64,000 nt of DNA from an uncultured virus (IMG/VR IMGVR_UViG_3300028840_003545). Taxonomy: Duplodnaviria > Heunggongvirae > Uroviricota > Caudoviricetes. Positions 60,583 to 64,000 of the stretch are shown piece after piece. The notes below the pieces were generated by a model. That model ran no database searches, was not told the DNA's origin, and worked only from the letters and a program-made list of their open reading frames with translations. The stretch lies in the IMG/VR virus record IMGVR_UViG_3300028840_003545. One strand, written 5' to 3'. The position numbers were made by a program, and so were the translations under genes. Within the stretch, counting starts at the first letter, position 1; the number at the start of each line of letters is the position of its first letter.

Positions 60583-61320
60583 TTACTCCTTACCAGGTTT
60601 TCTTACTAATATTGTATAAGGATCTTTCTTTGACTGTTTATTTATTTCTTCAACAACTTCACTTGTTTTAGATTCTTTGGTTTCTATGTATGCTCTGACA
60701 GCAGCATCTTTTGATTCAAGTAACCTATCTAATGCTTTGTCCTTTTCTCGTCCTGCAATCATAGTAGTATCAATAAAAATAGCTAATTCAGCAAATCTCT
60801 TGCTTATCTTTTGCAAATTTTCTGGTAAATGTTCATATTTAAACCATTTAGCTGGAATACTTACAACTTTAACATCTTCTATATTTACAGCGGCTATGTC
60901 TCCTTTTTCATTTCTACAAACCAAATCACCTGGCTTGATCTCTTTATCTGTTCCGCAATGCTCTTTTAAGACTGTCGCAGTTTCACTGTCATCTATCTCT
61001 TTCTCAAATTTTGCTGCTTCTGACTTAATTAATGCGTCCAAACTATCAAACATTTTATCAAACGTAGCTACTGAATCCTTAAATACAGGATCTTGACTTA
61101 CAATTCTACTTACATTTTTGTAACTCAAATCATCTACTTCACGGAAAGGTAAAATAGATACTCTATCACCCTTCCATCTATCATATAATAAAACAGCTAA
61201 AGCTACCAGAACCCTACCTTTACCGGGAACAAATTCCTGAAACTTACTAAGCTCACCAAAATATTTTGGCTTAATCAGTTCTTTTTTGTCATGATTTACT
61301 ATACAATAATAAGTTCCCAT
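60583..61320 (-). CDS. Multi-domain phage protein with C-terminal helical hairpin
   Basis: Start MGTYY behind AAGGA; WFKYEHLPENLQKISKRFAELA...REKDKALDRLLESKDAAVRA. Confidence 0.6.
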   Translation of the reverse strand: MGTYYCIVNHDKKELIKPKYFGELSKFQEFVPGKGRVLVALAVLLYDRWKGDRVSILPFREVDDLSYKNVSRIVSQDPVFKDSVATFDKMFDSLDALIKSEAAKFEKEIDDSETATVLKEHCGTDKEIKPGDLVCRNEKGDIAAVNIEDVKVVSIPAKWFKYEHLPENLQKISKRFAELAIFIDTTMIAGREKDKALDRLLESKDAAVRAYIETKESKTSEVVEEINKQSKKDPYTILVRKPGKE

Positions 61321-61787
61321 GGTTTTCCTTTTATGCTCGTAACGCATCTTGGTGTTCTGGATACGGATCTAAAAATAGCCGAACAAAGCCCAAATCACTT
61401 CCAACGCCATATTCTTTCGCTAACATAAGTGCTCTTAAAGAAGCATGGGGAACACACATACTCATTGCAACTCTAACATTGTTATCGTTTATATCTAAAT
61501 TACCATCTTCCTTTGAAATCATCTTCATAAAAAGATCAAACGTACTATAATCAAAATTACCATCTACTATATCGTACTCTTCTCTTGATACTCTTTCGAT
61601 TAACAGCCATATATTTTTCCATCTTTTTGTAAAATCAAGCAATTGAGTTAGATCTTTTACTTCATTACGCTCTTTCAAAAACGTATCTATGATTACACTA
61701 GTTCCCGCTGCAGAATCTCTATCAACAGGCAATACAGGTAGATCTAGAAGTGTTACTTTGTCCATTATATTACATCCTTTTCTACGG

Positions 61788-61871
61788 TAGCCCTGATCGG
61801 GTTCGAACCGATATGACCATAAGGTCAGCGGGTTTTAAGCCCACCGTGTCTGCCAATTCCACCACAGGGCC
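61788..61871 (-). tRNA. trnL: tRNA-Leu (UAA)
   Basis: GGCCCTG/CAGGGCT acceptor, GTGGG-CTTAAAA-CCCGC anticodon arm, TGACC/GGTCA variable arm, ATCGG-TTCGAAC-CCGAT T arm. Confidence 0.95.
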
Positions 61872-61875
61872 GTTC

Positions 61876-62091
61876 GAGGTTAAAAAGATGATCAGTCTAA
61901 TCAACCTCTAAGGTTCGTCTGACTTAACCAACAGTCAGAATGAGGATTTGCAAGGCTAACGCCTCCACTAAAATGATGCTTTTGCGAGAGAAAAAAAAGC
62001 ACCAATAACCCCATTCAGGTAACTTATCACGGGTCCTCCTGACAATCTAATCGCTCAACCTCTCACAAATCAAACGACTCGAATGAACCTT
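61876..62091 (-). ncRNA. Structured intergenic RNA candidate upstream of tRNA-Leu
   Basis: Gap without a long ORF, with several complementary segments including a closing AAGGTTC/GAACCTT pair. Confidence 0.4.
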
Positions 62092-62286
62092 TATGATACA
62101 AAATTTTTATTATTCAACCAATCCTTACCTGTGTCTGTCAAAAAGTACATACCAGGTTTAGATTTATTCTTTTTAATAAGACCCCATTCAACTAAATCAT
62201 TTGCAACTTTATAATTATAAGCTCTTACTCTACAAGCTAAAACATCTTCCAAAAATATTTCATGTTCTTTCGTAAAATTCATAATG

Positions 62287-62556
62287 TCACTCAAGTATGT
62301 TTTTCATATTAAGATGATAAGCAATAGTCGCTATAGTTACAAGATCTGGATTCGCGTCATCTTCGAATACCAAATCAGAAAGCTGCTCTTCTGTCAAGTC
62401 CAATTTTTGAGCAAGCCACTGCCTACTTAACTTTAGATCATTTAACTTTCTTTGTACATTATGACCGAAAGCTATTCTTACATCTTCTATACTATAAGCA
62501 AGAGAATCTTCTTCACCTAATTCATTACCAAATATGTCTTTGTAAACTACAGTCAT
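62287..62556 (-). CDS. XRE-family HTH protein
   Basis: KLSRQWLAQKLDLTEEQLSDLV..DANPDLVTIATIAYHL. Confidence 0.8.
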   Translation of the reverse strand: MTVVYKDIFGNELGEEDSLAYSIEDVRIAFGHNVQRKLNDLKLSRQWLAQKLDLTEEQLSDLVFEDDANPDLVTIATIAYHLNMKNILE

Positions 62557-62812
62557 TTCTTATTAATTAATTTGTTAATTGCCGATATAAGTAAGCAATC
62601 TTTACATACATCAACAACTACAGTATCACTATAAGCTGAATCGTGAGTAGAATTAACATGACTACTGATAATTCTTTGACGAACTAAACTTTTAATATCA
62701 TCTACACATTTATCAAGTCCATCATGTTCATATGAAATCTTATTCGATCTAAAGACTTCGCCACACTGATCGCATCGCTTAATCTTATTTAATACAACAG
62801 TTACTTCCGTAG

Positions 62813-63064
62813 TCATTTTCTATCCAATTTTTCTTTCTTGAACTTCTTATACAGATCACGACGTTTTATATGCGTATCTTGATGCCAAAATCCAGTGCTA
62901 CCAGCACAAGGTTCGTATCTAAGTGCTCCACAAATAGGACATGCTACATGAATTACACAAACTGGAACCTTTATATACAAAGACTTTGCATATTTAAGCT
63001 GCATCAATACGAATGCAGACCCAGGAAGTCTTACTATATTAGGCTCAAACGCTTGTCTACCCAT
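62813..63064 (-). CDS. Small zinc-finger protein
   Basis: VACPICGALRYEPC...H..R. Confidence 0.6.
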   Translation of the reverse strand: MGRQAFEPNIVRLPGSAFVLMQLKYAKSLYIKVPVCVIHVACPICGALRYEPCAGSTGFWHQDTHIKRRDLYKKFKKEKLDRK

Positions 63065-64000
63065 AATTAACTTTCTTTATATCCCAACGTTATTAAAGCA
63101 TCGACTTTCTTTATATTTATCTCAACAACTGGTATCTTTCTATCTAATAGAACTTCCACTTTACCAGGACTAAGAATGTACCCGGTATTGATAATCAAAT
63201 CAACCAATACTTCATTGCCACATCTACCTTTTACAGGACCAGATACATAAATTTTACCATCCGCATCTGTGAATCTAATCTCATACGTATTCATATTTTA
63301 ACGTTTCTGTTGATGGATATGCACTTTCCTTAACTTTAATTGAACTCTTCTGATGTGATCTGATATGTATTTAATTCTACTTTCTGCTAGTGCAAAATCT
63401 TGTACAATATCTTCATCAATATCTAAATCACATGAATCATTACCTAAAACTGGACCTACACTTGCCAATATGTCAAGACATATTCTAAGCTTTGTAGCTA
63501 TATTAGCAGCTTCTTCTACTTTAATAGCCTTTGAATCTATCTTTTTAGGAGGACTTGACGTCATCTTTTGATCACTTTTCTGTCTTTTAGACTGAATTCT
63601 GTAATACCTACATTAGCGCCTTTTGATATAGCAAATTTAGCCCACTGTATAACTAATCTCTGTTCTGTACCACCATAATCCATGTCACCATAATTATCAC
63701 CATATGTTTTATACAAAGCATCTAAAACTGGTAAAACTTTAACTTTACAATATTCACAACCAAGAGCATTTTTACTTGCAAATATTACAGATTTTCGATC
63801 ACAAGGCGTGAGTACCCTTGTTTATGTAATAGATTGCATTTTGACAGGTAAAATCCAACCTATCACTAAATGGAATACCCAATCGTTCAGCCCACCAAAT
63901 CTGATATCTAACTTTAAAAGCATTTTTAGGTGCTCCCAAAACACATTTACCACTCTCTTTCCAATATCCCCATTCATCATTTGTTGTTAAACCTGGCATG

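Noticed and set aside
1..64000. Stop-codon reassignment
   Set aside because: The standard code gives dense, abutting ORFs with intact known genes ending in TAA, TGA and TAG; no suppressor tRNA is seen.

Overview
An AT-rich, gene-dense 64 kb segment of a large dsDNA virus, most likely a jumbo bacteriophage. No capsid, terminase or polymerase is recognisable in the window, so virion type is unresolved. Four regions. (i) 1-7.4 kb: accessory and regulatory genes (ArdC-like/zincin fusion, deaminase, XRE HTH, RusA-like, serine recombinase) bracketed by two near-identical, outward-facing sigma-54-type promoters. (ii) 7.6-14.5 kb: a 1023-aa fibre/spike-like protein, a GHKL ATPase-HExxH protein and small genes. 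(iii) 14.6-34.5 kb: a + strand operon holding EIGHT paralogous ~420-aa seven-repeat beta-propeller genes with near-constant ends and hypervariable loops, interleaved with C-terminally membrane-anchored proteins, lipoproteins, peptidases, GNAT, a kinase-like protein and a phosphatase. The propellers share an N-terminal motif with the 1023-aa fibre protein, suggesting a modular, diversified adhesin/receptor-binding repertoire; this is the best candidate novel system. (iv) 34.6-64 kb: a - strand array of small genes (DNA MTase, MazG-like, thyX, dcd, SGNH hydrolase, ECF sigma) with tRNA-Lys(UUU), tRNA-Leu(UAA), two highly atypical tRNA-like RNAs and a structured intergenic RNA candidate. All function calls come from motif recognition by eye, not database searches.
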